From a virus (lineage: Duplodnaviria; Caudoviricetes): DNA of 46,440 bases. Positions within the stretch are counted from its first letter, which is position 1. Each line of letters begins with the position of its first letter. Of this stretch, positions 1 through 8,981 are shown in pieces. A model generated the notes under the pieces. It did not search any database and was not told the DNA's origin. It saw only the letters and a program-made list of their open reading frames with translations. A program made the translations under genes and the position numbers. The stretch is taken from positions 1 through 46,440 of IMG/VR virus record IMGVR_UViG_3300017965_000003. One strand, written 5' to 3'.

Positions 1-53
1 GGCGGACTCATTCGGGGAAGCGTTGACGATTTTTTTTAGACCCGAGGCACACC

Positions 54-566
54 ATGGCAAGCCGTACCGGACCCCCACCGAAACCCACCGCGCTGCGGCT
101 CATCGAAGGCGGCGGCCGCATGCGGGGTCGCTTCGCCGCGCGTGCCAAACGAGAACCGAAACCCACCCTCGGCCTGCGCGACCCACCAAAGTCGTTCACA
201 GCCGAACACCTTGCGATCTGGAACCGTCTCATCGAGGACACGCCCGATGGCCTGCTGACGCGGGTCGATCAGGACCTGTTCACGAACTACTGCGTCTCGC
301 TCGCCATCCGCGACCACGCGATCGAAAAGCTCGTCGCCACCGGCGGCCAGATTCTCGTCAAGGCGATGAACGGCGACGCGAACCGCTTCATCGTCAACCC
401 GTACGTCAAGGAGTTCCGCCGCATCTGCGAAACGATCCGCGTGATGCAGCAGGAGCTGGGCTACACCCCGGCCTCGCGCACGCGGATTGCCGTCGCTGCA
501 GGCAACGAAGACGACCCGCTCGATCGCTTCCTGAACCCCCCGCCGCGTAAGGGTCCCGCGAAGTGA
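54..566 (+). CDS. terS: Terminase small subunit (P27 family-like)
   Basis: N-terminal PPPKPTALRLIEG motif; C-terminal NPY...QELGYTPASRTRI motif typical of P27-type TerS; lies directly upstream of TerL. Confidence 0.9.
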   Translation: MASRTGPPPKPTALRLIEGGGRMRGRFAARAKREPKPTLGLRDPPKSFTAEHLAIWNRLIEDTPDGLLTRVDQDLFTNYCVSLAIRDHAIEKLVATGGQILVKAMNGDANRFIVNPYVKEFRRICETIRVMQQELGYTPASRTRIAVAAGNEDDPLDRFLNPPPRKGPAK

Positions 567-570
567 CCTC

Positions 571-2283
571 ATGCCGCGTAAGCAATCCCTCGCCCCACGC
601 GATCCCGTCAGCACCTATGCCCGCAACGTGCTCGCCGGCCGCATCGTCGCCGGCCCGCACGTGCGCGCTGCCTGCTCCCGCCACGTCGACGACCTCGCGC
701 ACGCCGCCGAACGCGGCTTCGTCTTCGACCCGCAGCGCGCCCGACTCGCGCTCGACTTTTTTCCCGAGGTCCTGTGCCTGAACTCCGGTGAGTTCGAGGG
801 CCTGCCCTTCGAGCTGGCCGCGTGGGAGACCTTCATCGTCGGATCGATCTTCGGCTGGGTCGACCCCGCCGGCCGCCGCCGCTACCGGGTCGCCTATGTC
901 GAGACGGGCAAGGGCAGCGGCAAGAGCCCGCTCGCGGCCGGCATTGGTCTCTACATGCTGGTCGCGGACGGCGAAGCGCGTGCCGAGGTCTACGCCGCTG
1001 CCTCGAAGAAGGATCAGGCGATGATCCTGTTCCGCGACGCGGTCGCCATGGTCAACATGAGCCCGTCCCTGCACCGCCGCGTACACCAGACCGGCGGCGC
1101 GCAGGTCTGGAACCTGTCCTTCGGCGCGAGCTTCTTTCGCCCGATCGCGAGCGACGAAGGCCAGTCGGGTCCGCGCCCCCACTGCGGCCTCATCGACGAG
1201 GTGCACGAGCACCGCGACGACAACGTCATCGAAATGATGCGCGCCGGCTTCAAGCACCGCCGCTCCCCGCTGCTGTTCCTCATCACGAACGCCGGCGTCG
1301 ACCGCGAGTCGGTCTGCTGGCGGTACCACGACAAGGCGACGAAGGTCGCGGCCCGGCAGCTCGAAGACGACCGGTTTTTCTCCTACGTCTGCGCGGTCGA
1401 CGCCGACGAGGACCCGCTCTACGACGAGCGCTGCTGGCCGAAGACCAACCCGAACCTCGGCGTCAGCATCCAGCCCGACTACCTGCGCGATCAGGTGCGC
1501 GAAGCGCGCCAGATGCCGAGCAAAGAGTCGACCGTTCGCCGGCTGCACTTCTGCCAGTGGGTCGACGCCGTGAGTCCGTGGATCAGCGGCGAAGCGTGGC
1601 GCGCCTGCGAGGTCGAGGTGCCGGTGCCGATCGAAGTGCAGTTCATGAAGCGCGCCGTGACGCTCGCAATCGACCTGTCGCTCACGACCGACCTGACCGC
1701 GCTCGCGCTCGTTTTCGACAACGACGACGGTGAGATGGAGGCAGCGGTCGAGTTCTGGACGCCGGCGGACACGATGCGCGCGCGCGGCGAGCGCGACGGC
1801 GTCGACTACGCGCTCTGGGCCTCGCAGGGCTGGCTGCACGCCGTGCCCGGAAAGACCCTCGACTACGAGCCGATTGCACTTCGTATCCTGGAGCTGAGCG
1901 AGGTTTTTGAGATTCGCCGTCTCGTCTTCGACCGCTACCGCATGCCGTACCTCCGCACCGAACTCGAAGCGCAGCACGTCGATATCGAACTCGTCGAGCA
2001 CCCGCAAAGCTACGTGAAGCCGGCGCGCTCGGTGCTGTGGATGCCGCAGTCGATCAACGAACTCGAAGCCGCGATCCTGCACGGCACCTTGCACATCCGC
2101 CGCAACCCGATCCTGACCTGGGCCGCCGCGAGCGCGGTCGTAGAGGTCGATCCGCACCAGTCGCGCATCTTCTCCAAACGCAAGTCCACCGGCCGCATCG
2201 ACGGGGTGGTCGCGCTCGCGATGGCGGTCGGCGCGGCGCGCGCGCCGGGGCTCGATGTCGACATCGCCGCGATGGTGGCCTGA
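571..2283 (+). CDS. terL: Terminase large subunit (HK97/lambda-like cos type)
   Basis: Walker A ETGKGSGKS, Walker B LIDEVHEH, LITNAG coupling motif, nuclease motifs IDLSLTTDLTA and RIDGVVALAMA. Confidence 0.97.
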   Translation: MPRKQSLAPRDPVSTYARNVLAGRIVAGPHVRAACSRHVDDLAHAAERGFVFDPQRARLALDFFPEVLCLNSGEFEGLPFELAAWETFIVGSIFGWVDPAGRRRYRVAYVETGKGSGKSPLAAGIGLYMLVADGEARAEVYAAASKKDQAMILFRDAVAMVNMSPSLHRRVHQTGGAQVWNLSFGASFFRPIASDEGQSGPRPHCGLIDEVHEHRDDNVIEMMRAGFKHRRSPLLFLITNAGVDRESVCWRYHDKATKVAARQLEDDRFFSYVCAVDADEDPLYDERCWPKTNPNLGVSIQPDYLRDQVREARQMPSKESTVRRLHFCQWVDAVSPWISGEAWRACEVEVPVPIEVQFMKRAVTLAIDLSLTTDLTALALVFDNDDGEMEAAVEFWTPADTMRARGERDGVDYALWASQGWLHAVPGKTLDYEPIALRILELSEVFEIRRLVFDRYRMPYLRTELEAQHVDIELVEHPQSYVKPARSVLWMPQSINELEAAILHGTLHIRRNPILTWAAASAVVEVDPHQSRIFSKRKSTGRIDGVVALAMAVGAARAPGLDVDIAAMVA

Positions 2284-2390
2284 GGTTTTTCGTTTGCCGA
2301 CGTTCGTTGGCCAACGGTTCGTCGCTTGACTTCTAGCGTTCCGCAAAATCCGGGTCTACACTTCGCGACCATGACGGCAGCCGCCCCCAG

Positions 2391-2592
2391 CAGCCTCCGG
2401 TCTCGTCCCATGCGGCGAGCGACGGTGCCCGCGTCCGCGCGGATGGCCCTGGCCCCGTGACCAGCAGCAGCACCAACCGCAGCCGCCCTCCGCAAGCCGA
2501 ACGCTCCGCGCTCCCCGCGCCGAGCCCGTGCCCGTCTCCACAACCTCCGGTCTCGCCCACGCGAGCGACGGTGCCCGCCTCCGCGCGGATGG
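2391..2592 (+). repeat. Imperfect direct repeat (~55 bp) at 2391-2446 and 2541-2592 in the terL-capsid intergenic region
   Basis: CAGCCTCCGGTCTCGTCCCATGCGGCGAGCGACGGTGCCCGCGTCCGCGCGGATGG vs CAACCTCCGGTCTCGCCCACGCGAGCGACGGTGCCCGCCTCCGCGCGGATGG. Confidence 0.9.
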
Positions 2593-2604
2593 AGCACTGT
2601 CGCG

Positions 2605-4674
2605 ATGGGCCACGCTCATGACCTCCCGGAGATCGTCTACAAGGTCTGCGACACCGACTGCGGTCTGATCGTCAAGGCGGCGCGTGCCGCCGATGAGCCG
2701 CTGACGTTCGTGATTTCGAGCGAGTCGGTCGACCTCGCGGGCGACGTCGTCGTGCAGGACGGGATGAAGCCCGCCCGCGTGCCGATCCCCGCGCAGACCG
2801 ACCACGCCGGGAAGGTGGAGAAGCAGATCGGGACGTGGCGCAACTTCGTGCGCAAGGGCCGGCAAACGCTGGCCGACCTCTACCTGCTGCCGCCCGGCAT
2901 CAGTCCGCAAGCCGACCTCGTGCGCGCGCTCGCCGACGCGGGGCTGCGGCTCGCGGCCTCGATCGGCTTCGCGCCGAACTGGGCCAAGACCGAAGAGATC
3001 ACGGACAAGGACAAGCACATCACGGGCTTCAAGTTCCTCGAAACGAGGCTGCTGGAGGTCTCGGTCGTCGTGGTCCCTGCCCAGCCCGAAGCCCTGCAAG
3101 TGCGTTCGTTGCTTCGAAACGAACGCGACCGCGCGACGCTCGATCAGATGATCGCAGAGCGGCGTCGCGGACTCGTCTCCCCCTCAGTCACCGCAGGCCG
3201 TACCCAGCCGGGTCGGCCGACCCCCGCGCTGCTGCAGCGCTCGGGGCTCGCCCGAACGGAGTCACCCACCATGAAGCTCTCCGAGAAAATCGTCGCCACG
3301 CAGGCGGAACTGAACACCCTGCGCGACGAGCAGAAGGTCACGACCGACAAGCTCTGCGAGGAAGGCACCGACGAGGAACGCGCCGCGCTGGAGGAACAGG
3401 CCAAGACGCTCGCCGATCAGATCATTCTCAAGGCGCAGTCGCTCGACACGCTCAAGGCGGCCGAGGACTCGCTCAAGCCCCGTGAGACCTCGCTGATCGT
3501 GCGCGGCGCGCAGCAGGCGGCGGCCGGCGGCGGCAGCTCCGGCGGCGAAGGGCTCGGCCCGCGCAGCCTCGCCCGCGTGCGCGCGCACCGCGACGAGGAC
3601 GTCGACGGGATGCACGTGATTCGCGCCGCCGGCGTCGTGATGGAGGCGTTCATCAAGCGCGTGCCGGTGTCGATGATCCTGGAGGAACGCTACCCAGGGC
3701 GCGAAATCATCGAGCTGGTGACGAAGGCAGCGCAGAACCCCGCGATGACCAACGTCCCCGGCTGGGCCCAGGAGCTGGTCCGCGAAAACTTCGGCGCGTT
3801 CATGGACCTCCTGCAACCCGAATCGATCGTGCCGCGCATTCCGATGCAGAAGTTTTCGTTCGACGGCTACGGCAAGATCACGATCCCGCGCCGCGCGAGT
3901 CGCACCCCGAGCCTCGCGGCCGCGTTCCGTGCCGAAGGTGCGCCGATCCGCGTCGGCCGCATCGCCCTCACGAGCGCGTACCTGACGCCGAAGTCGATGG
4001 CCGTCATCGCCGAGTTCACCCAGGAGATGTTCGACCGCTCGACGCCGAACATCGAGCAGGTCTGCCGCGACGCGATGCTCGGCGACACCGCCGTCGCGCT
4101 CGACATGGCGTTCCTCGGCGCGACCGCCGGCACGCCGACGAACCCGGCCGGCCTGCAGACCTACGCGACCGGCACCAACACGGCCGCGAGCACCGGCAAC
4201 ACGGTCGCGCAGATCACGGCCGACCTGCGCGCGCGCGTCTCGGTGATGACCAGCAAGGGTTTCGGCCGCCGCCCGGTCTGGGTCATGAGCCCCGACCGCT
4301 TGGTCGGCCTGCAGCTCGCGACGACTGCCGCCGGCACGCCCGCTTTCGCGAGCGCGGCCAACGGCATCCTGCTCGGGTTCCCGGTCTACACCTCGCTCAC
4401 GGTGCCGTCGACGATCGTCTACCTGATCGACGCGGCCGAGGTCGCTTTCGCGGGCGGCACGCCGGTCTTCAAGGCATCCGACCAAGCCACGGTGCACGAA
4501 GAAGACACGACCCCGCTGCCGATCGGCAGCACCGGCGCGCCGGCGGTCGTCGCCGCACCGGTGCGCAGCTTCTTCCAGACCAACACGCTCGGCCTGCGCG
4601 CCGTGTGGGAAGTGGACTGGAACGTGCTGTCGGCCGACGGCCCCGTGCAGACCATCACCGCCGTCGCGTGGTAA
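2605..4674 (+). CDS. Prohead protease - HK97-fold major capsid protein fusion
   Basis: N-terminal HK97-type protease motifs (VDLAGDVV, DH, ASIGFAP, LLEVSVVVVPAQPEA), coiled-coil delta-like segment, C-terminal capsid motifs (AEGAPI, LTPKSMAVI, LLGFPV, SFFQTNTLGLRA). Confidence 0.93.
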   Translation: MGHAHDLPEIVYKVCDTDCGLIVKAARAADEPLTFVISSESVDLAGDVVVQDGMKPARVPIPAQTDHAGKVEKQIGTWRNFVRKGRQTLADLYLLPPGISPQADLVRALADAGLRLAASIGFAPNWAKTEEITDKDKHITGFKFLETRLLEVSVVVVPAQPEALQVRSLLRNERDRATLDQMIAERRRGLVSPSVTAGRTQPGRPTPALLQRSGLARTESPTMKLSEKIVATQAELNTLRDEQKVTTDKLCEEGTDEERAALEEQAKTLADQIILKAQSLDTLKAAEDSLKPRETSLIVRGAQQAAAGGGSSGGEGLGPRSLARVRAHRDEDVDGMHVIRAAGVVMEAFIKRVPVSMILEERYPGREIIELVTKAAQNPAMTNVPGWAQELVRENFGAFMDLLQPESIVPRIPMQKFSFDGYGKITIPRRASRTPSLAAAFRAEGAPIRVGRIALTSAYLTPKSMAVIAEFTQEMFDRSTPNIEQVCRDAMLGDTAVALDMAFLGATAGTPTNPAGLQTYATGTNTAASTGNTVAQITADLRARVSVMTSKGFGRRPVWVMSPDRLVGLQLATTAAGTPAFASAANGILLGFPVYTSLTVPSTIVYLIDAAEVAFAGGTPVFKASDQATVHEEDTTPLPIGSTGAPAVVAAPVRSFFQTNTLGLRAVWEVDWNVLSADGPVQTITAVAW

Positions 4675-4744
4675 CGCGGACCTCCGACGAGGCGACAGCC
4701 ACTGCTTGATCGAGAGCGGAAAGCAGTTGCCGCCTCTTCTCCGT

Positions 4745-4773
4745 GCCCCGGCCTGAACCGCCGGGGCTTTTTT
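4745..4773 (+). terminator. Rho-independent terminator after the capsid gene
   Basis: GCCCCGGC-CTGAACC-GCCGGGGC followed by TTTTTT. Confidence 0.88.
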
Positions 4774-4789
4774 CCAAGGAGCACGCACG

Positions 4790-5245
4790 ATGGACGTCGA
4801 CATTGCGCCGCGCGAGGGCGAGTCGCCCTGGGGACCGGACGACCACCCGGTGCTGATTTGGGCGTACAAGCCGCTCGACGAACTGTTCGGCCTGACCGGG
4901 CAGGTGCGCGTTCCGGAAAGCATCGCGCGCCCGCTGATCGACGCGGGCGAGGTGCAGGAGTGGTCGAAGACGGACGGCCAGGACCTGAAATGGATCGAGG
5001 CCGCCGCGCCGCCGCCCGCGCCCGCGCCGGCACCCGAACCCGCTCCCGCACCCGAACCCGCGCCGGCACCTGCGCCGACCCCGGCACCCACGCCACCGGC
5101 CCCGACCCCCGCGCCGACGCCGCCCGCACCGGCACCCACACCGCCCGCGCCGACGCCTGCTCCTGAGCCCGCGCCTGCGCCCGAACCTGCACCGGCACCG
5201 ACGCCGACTCCTGCGCCGCCGGCGCGTCGTCAGGCACCGGCATGA
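4790..5245 (+). CDS. Hypothetical head-region protein with long Pro/Ala/Thr-rich tail
   Basis: AAGGAG RBS; ~65 aa globular N-terminus then PAPAPEPAP/PTPPAPTP repeats. Confidence 0.75.
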   Translation: MDVDIAPREGESPWGPDDHPVLIWAYKPLDELFGLTGQVRVPESIARPLIDAGEVQEWSKTDGQDLKWIEAAAPPPAPAPAPEPAPAPEPAPAPAPTPAPTPPAPTPAPTPPAPAPTPPAPTPAPEPAPAPEPAPAPTPTPAPPARRQAPA

Positions 5246-5574
5246 ACGCGGACGCGATGACGATCGTGTGGGCGTTCCAACCGCTCGACGAGCTGGAGGG
5301 AAAGACCGAGTTCGTCGAATGCGACGAGGCCCTGGCCCGCCGGCTCATCGACGCGGACTTGGTCGACGATCCGCGCGTTGGCGCGCACCACCTGCGCTAC
5401 GTGCAGGCTGACGCGCGCAAGCCGACGCGGGAGACCCCGCCCGCCGAGCCCGAGCCGCCCGCGCAGACTTACGCCACGCGCGAGCTGCGCGCCGCCCCGC
5501 AGCGGCCGCAGCCGCCCGCGCCGCTCGCGCCGCAGGTCAAGCGCAAGCCGGGTCGGCCTCGTAAGGTGCGCTGA
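5242..5574 (+). CDS. Hypothetical head-region protein, paralogue of 4790..5245
   Basis: ATGA overlap; shares WA(Y/F)xPLDELxGxT...ARxLIDA; C-terminal KRKPGRPRK basic motif. Confidence 0.75.
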   Translation: MNADAMTIVWAFQPLDELEGKTEFVECDEALARRLIDADLVDDPRVGAHHLRYVQADARKPTRETPPAEPEPPAQTYATRELRAAPQRPQPPAPLAPQVKRKPGRPRKVR

Positions 5575-5576
5575 TC

Positions 5577-6983
5577 GTGGCGACCCTCGGCGCACTCGTC
5601 ATGCGCGCCGCGCAGGCGGTGCGTAAAGGTCTCGGCTTCGGGCCCGAGGGCAGCTACCGGGGGCCCGCGACCGGGGTTGGTGAGTTCGGCGGCTGGTATT
5701 CGATCCCCTTCGGCAACGGCTGGGAGCGGGGCCTGGAGATCGTCGGCCACGAGGCGCGGGACATTCCGGCGGCGTACGCCTCGGTGATGGCGAACGCGCG
5801 CGCGGTGTCGCAGTGCTACGCGAGCCACAAGCGCATCAACGCCGAGACCGGCAAGCACGAGATCGTGACCACCTCGCCGGCAGCGCGAATCCTGCGCGAC
5901 CCGAACGACTATGAGACGTGGCCGCAGTTCATCCTGTCGATGATTGCGGCGATGCAGTTCGACGGCGAGGCGTTCGCCGTTGCGCTGCGCGACGACCGGG
6001 GGGCGATCGTGTCCCTGCACCGCTTGATGCGGCGCGGCGCGAGCCCCTACGTCGACCCGTCCGAGAAGGCGATTTTCTACACCATCGGGCACACCGACCT
6101 CGTGCCCGACGAGGCCGATTTCATGGTGCCGGGCCGCGACATGCTGCACCTGCGCCAGTACTGCCCGCGCCACGCGCTGATCGGTGAGTCACCGATTCGC
6201 GCCGCCGCGCTCGCCGCCGGCATCAACGTCGCGCTCTCGCGCTCGCAGGCGGCTTTCTTCACTCGCATGAGTCGCCCGTCCGGGGTGCTCACCACCGACC
6301 AGCCGCTTACCGGCGACAACGCACGCAAGCTGCGCGAGGCGTTCGAGGAAAGCTCGAAGCAGTGGGCGCAGGGCGGGCTGCCAATCCTCACGCACGGACT
6401 GAAGTTCGATGCGGTGGCGATCAACAGCCAGGACGCGCAGCTCATCCAGGCGCAGCGGCTGTCGATCGAGGACATTGCGCGCGTCTACGGCGTGCCGCTC
6501 CCCGTCATCGGGGACCTCTCGCACGCGACGCTGAACAACGTCGAACAACTGATCGGCATGTGGCTGTCGATCTCGCTCGGCGCGCTGCTGGAGAACATCG
6601 AGCGCTCGCTCGATCGCCTCTTCGCGCTGCCGCGCGCCGAGTACGTGGAGCTGGACGTCTCCGCGCTGCTGCGCACCGACTTCCTGCAGCGTGTGGACGG
6701 TCTCACGAAGGGCATTCAGGGCGGCCTCTTCACGCCCGACGAAGCGCGCGGGCGCGAGGGTCTGCCGCCCGTGCCCGGTGGCGACCGCCCGTATCTGCAG
6801 GCGCAGATGGTGCGCATGGGCACGCCGCCGCCGGCACCGCCGCCGCCCGTCGCGCCGCCTGCGGACCCGAACGCCGAGCCGCCGCCGGACGAACCCGCCG
6901 CCGACCCGCCGCTCGACGATGACGGGGCCGCGAAGCTCGTCGCCGAGATCATCGAACGCATGCGTCTGGAGGCCCGGCCATGA
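5577..6983 (+). CDS. Portal protein (HK97 family)
   Basis: ILRDPNDYET, GEAFA, MLHLR, IGESPI, RPSGVL, EDIARVYGVP, FTPDEARGREGLPPVPGGD motifs. Confidence 0.95.
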   Translation: MATLGALVMRAAQAVRKGLGFGPEGSYRGPATGVGEFGGWYSIPFGNGWERGLEIVGHEARDIPAAYASVMANARAVSQCYASHKRINAETGKHEIVTTSPAARILRDPNDYETWPQFILSMIAAMQFDGEAFAVALRDDRGAIVSLHRLMRRGASPYVDPSEKAIFYTIGHTDLVPDEADFMVPGRDMLHLRQYCPRHALIGESPIRAAALAAGINVALSRSQAAFFTRMSRPSGVLTTDQPLTGDNARKLREAFEESSKQWAQGGLPILTHGLKFDAVAINSQDAQLIQAQRLSIEDIARVYGVPLPVIGDLSHATLNNVEQLIGMWLSISLGALLENIERSLDRLFALPRAEYVELDVSALLRTDFLQRVDGLTKGIQGGLFTPDEARGREGLPPVPGGDRPYLQAQMVRMGTPPPAPPPPVAPPADPNAEPPPDEPAADPPLDDDGAAKLVAEIIERMRLEARP

Positions 6984-8035
6984 AGCGTGAACTAGAAATC
7001 GTGGTGGACACGATCGCCGGGCAGATGGCCGAGCAGCGCAGGCAGGTCGAAGCGGTCGTGCAGCAGGCGATCACGGCGCGCATCGACCACATTCGCCTCG
7101 CCTTCGATGAGCTGCGCGGCGCGGTGCGCGACGAACTCGCGCGCGGCCTGGACGCTCAACGCGCCGAGGTCGAGGACCTGCGAAAGGAAGCGCAGCGCGT
7201 GACCCTGGAGCTGCGGCTCGCGGTCAGCACCGAGCTGCAGCGGCTGGCCGATGCCCGCGAGGCGATGGCCGAGGTCGCGCGCACGGTGCGCAACGGGCTC
7301 GACGGCGCGCCGGGCGAACGCGGGGAGCGAGGCGACAGCGGGCCGCCCGGCGCACGCGGCGAGCGTGGCGAACGGGGCGAGCCAGGACCTGCCGGCGAGC
7401 GCGGAGAACGGGGCGAGTCGGGCCCCGCCGGGCGCGACGGCATCACGGGCGAGCGCGGCATGCCGGGCCGCGACGGCGCGGGCATCGATGCCCCGGTCTG
7501 GGCGGCGGGGGTCTTTCGCGAGGGCTCGGTCGTGCAGCACCACATCGGGCAGCACTATCGCGCGCTGCGGGACACCGTCGCCGAACCCGCGCCGGCCGAC
7601 CACGCCGAGGTCGGGCCCGACTGGGAGCGCATCGGGTGCGCCGGCTGGCGGCACTGTGGCGCGTTCGTCGAGGGCCGCAGCTACTCCGAGGGCGACCTCT
7701 ACATCCGCGACTGGAGCACGTTCGTTCTCGCGGGCGGCGCGGTGCGTCTCTTCGGCGCGCGTGGCAAGGCGGGCCCGGCGGGCGAGCGTGGCGCGGCAGG
7801 CCGCGACGGCATCAACGGCAAGCCGGGGCACGACGGGCGCGGGGTCGCCGAGCTGATGTGGGCCGAGTACGGCTGGGCCGTGCGCATGACGGATGGCGAG
7901 GTCCAGACCTGGAACGTGCTGCCGGTGCTGGAGCGCATCGAAGAGAAGGCCACCCGCGATTTCGAGCAGCGTATCGACGAGGTCCTGAGCCGGCCGCGCC
8001 CGCGCACACGCGCGCGCAAGGGGGATTTGTCGTGA
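6980..8035 (+). CDS. Collagen-like (Gly-X-Y) protein with N-terminal coiled coil, probable head fibre/decoration
   Basis: ~20 uninterrupted G-X-Y triplets (GERGERGDSGPPGARGERG...), a second short G-X-Y tract and an aromatic-rich module between them. Confidence 0.8.
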   Translation: MKRELEIVVDTIAGQMAEQRRQVEAVVQQAITARIDHIRLAFDELRGAVRDELARGLDAQRAEVEDLRKEAQRVTLELRLAVSTELQRLADAREAMAEVARTVRNGLDGAPGERGERGDSGPPGARGERGERGEPGPAGERGERGESGPAGRDGITGERGMPGRDGAGIDAPVWAAGVFREGSVVQHHIGQHYRALRDTVAEPAPADHAEVGPDWERIGCAGWRHCGAFVEGRSYSEGDLYIRDWSTFVLAGGAVRLFGARGKAGPAGERGAAGRDGINGKPGHDGRGVAELMWAEYGWAVRMTDGEVQTWNVLPVLERIEEKATRDFEQRIDEVLSRPRPRTRARKGDLS

Positions 8036-8652
8036 ACCACCACGTCGACCGCGACATTCCGGTACCGGTCCCGCTGCTCGACGAGGACCAGCTCGCCGCG
8101 CTGCTCGGCATCGACGTTGCGGACCTCACCGACACCGACCGGATCGCGGCACTCGCCACGAGCGCGCTGATCCAGAACTACACCGACCGGCAGCTCGTGC
8201 GCGGCACGTACACCGAGCGGCACCTCGGGCAGCTCCAGGGCTCGGTGCAGCTGCTGGAATATCCGGTCGTCTCGATCACCAGCATCCGCGAGGTCATCAA
8301 CGGCAGCGCGAGCGCGACCGACGTGGTCGGCTACCGGCTCGTGCGCCCGACCGGGATAGTGCTCGGCTGGTGGGGCTGCGAGCTGGAGGTCGTCTACGTG
8401 GCCGGCTACGACCCGCTGCCGGCCGACCTCGTCGCGGCGTTCATGGAAGGGTTCCGCACCGTGCGTGCGGTGCAGGCCATGCCGGACGGCGCGTCGCTGG
8501 TCAAGCGGGTGGCGGTCACCGGCGTCGGCTCGGTCGACTATGACCTCGGGGCGAGCGGCCTCGCGGGCTCGGGCGGCTGGGCCTTCCTCCCGCCGACCTC
8601 CGTCGCGCTGCTCGCGCCGTACCGCAACACCGCCCCGATGGGAGTCGGCTGA
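8032..8652 (+). CDS. Head-tail connector/adaptor (gp6-like)
   Basis: GTG start overlapping upstream TGA; IQNYTDRQL...LLEYPVVSITSI...YVAGYDPLPADL...LLAPYR pattern; synteny. Confidence 0.75.
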   Translation: MNHHVDRDIPVPVPLLDEDQLAALLGIDVADLTDTDRIAALATSALIQNYTDRQLVRGTYTERHLGQLQGSVQLLEYPVVSITSIREVINGSASATDVVGYRLVRPTGIVLGWWGCELEVVYVAGYDPLPADLVAAFMEGFRTVRAVQAMPDGASLVKRVAVTGVGSVDYDLGASGLAGSGGWAFLPPTSVALLAPYRNTAPMGVG

Positions 8653-8981
8653 TGGCGATGCTCGGACCCCACCCGCGCCTGCTGCTGCAGCAGATGGGCC
8701 GCCCGTTCACGTTCAAGCGCGACGCGCTCGAGGTGCCGGTGACGGCTTTCCTGCGCGGGCTGCGCGCCGCCGAACTGGTGAACAGCGAGGTCCAGGCGGA
8801 CGCGAGCATCACGGTCGACGCCGCGCCGCTGACGGCCGCCGGCGTGCCCTACATGCTGAAATTCGACCGCCTCGTGTCGGCCCTCGGCGAGTCCTACACG
8901 GTGCAGGACTCGCACACGGCGTACGACGGCGAAGCGTTGGTGTTCCACGAAGCGCTGGTGCGCGGCGGGGGCGGGTCATGA
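8652..8981 (+). CDS. Putative head-closure / head-tail joining protein
   Basis: Size, beta-rich character and position after the adaptor; coupled start. Confidence 0.55.
   Translation: MAMLGPHPRLLLQQMGRPFTFKRDALEVPVTAFLRGLRAAELVNSEVQADASITVDAAPLTAAGVPYMLKFDRLVSALGESYTVQDSHTAYDGEALVFHEALVRGGGGS

Noticed and set aside
2342-2446. Resemblance to the P2 arm of a c-di-GMP-I riboswitch (CGCAAAA...GGGTCTA; GCCTCCGGTCT)
   Set aside because: No convincing P1 stem with GNRA loop or matching 3' strand; an Infernal/Rfam search would be needed to revive it
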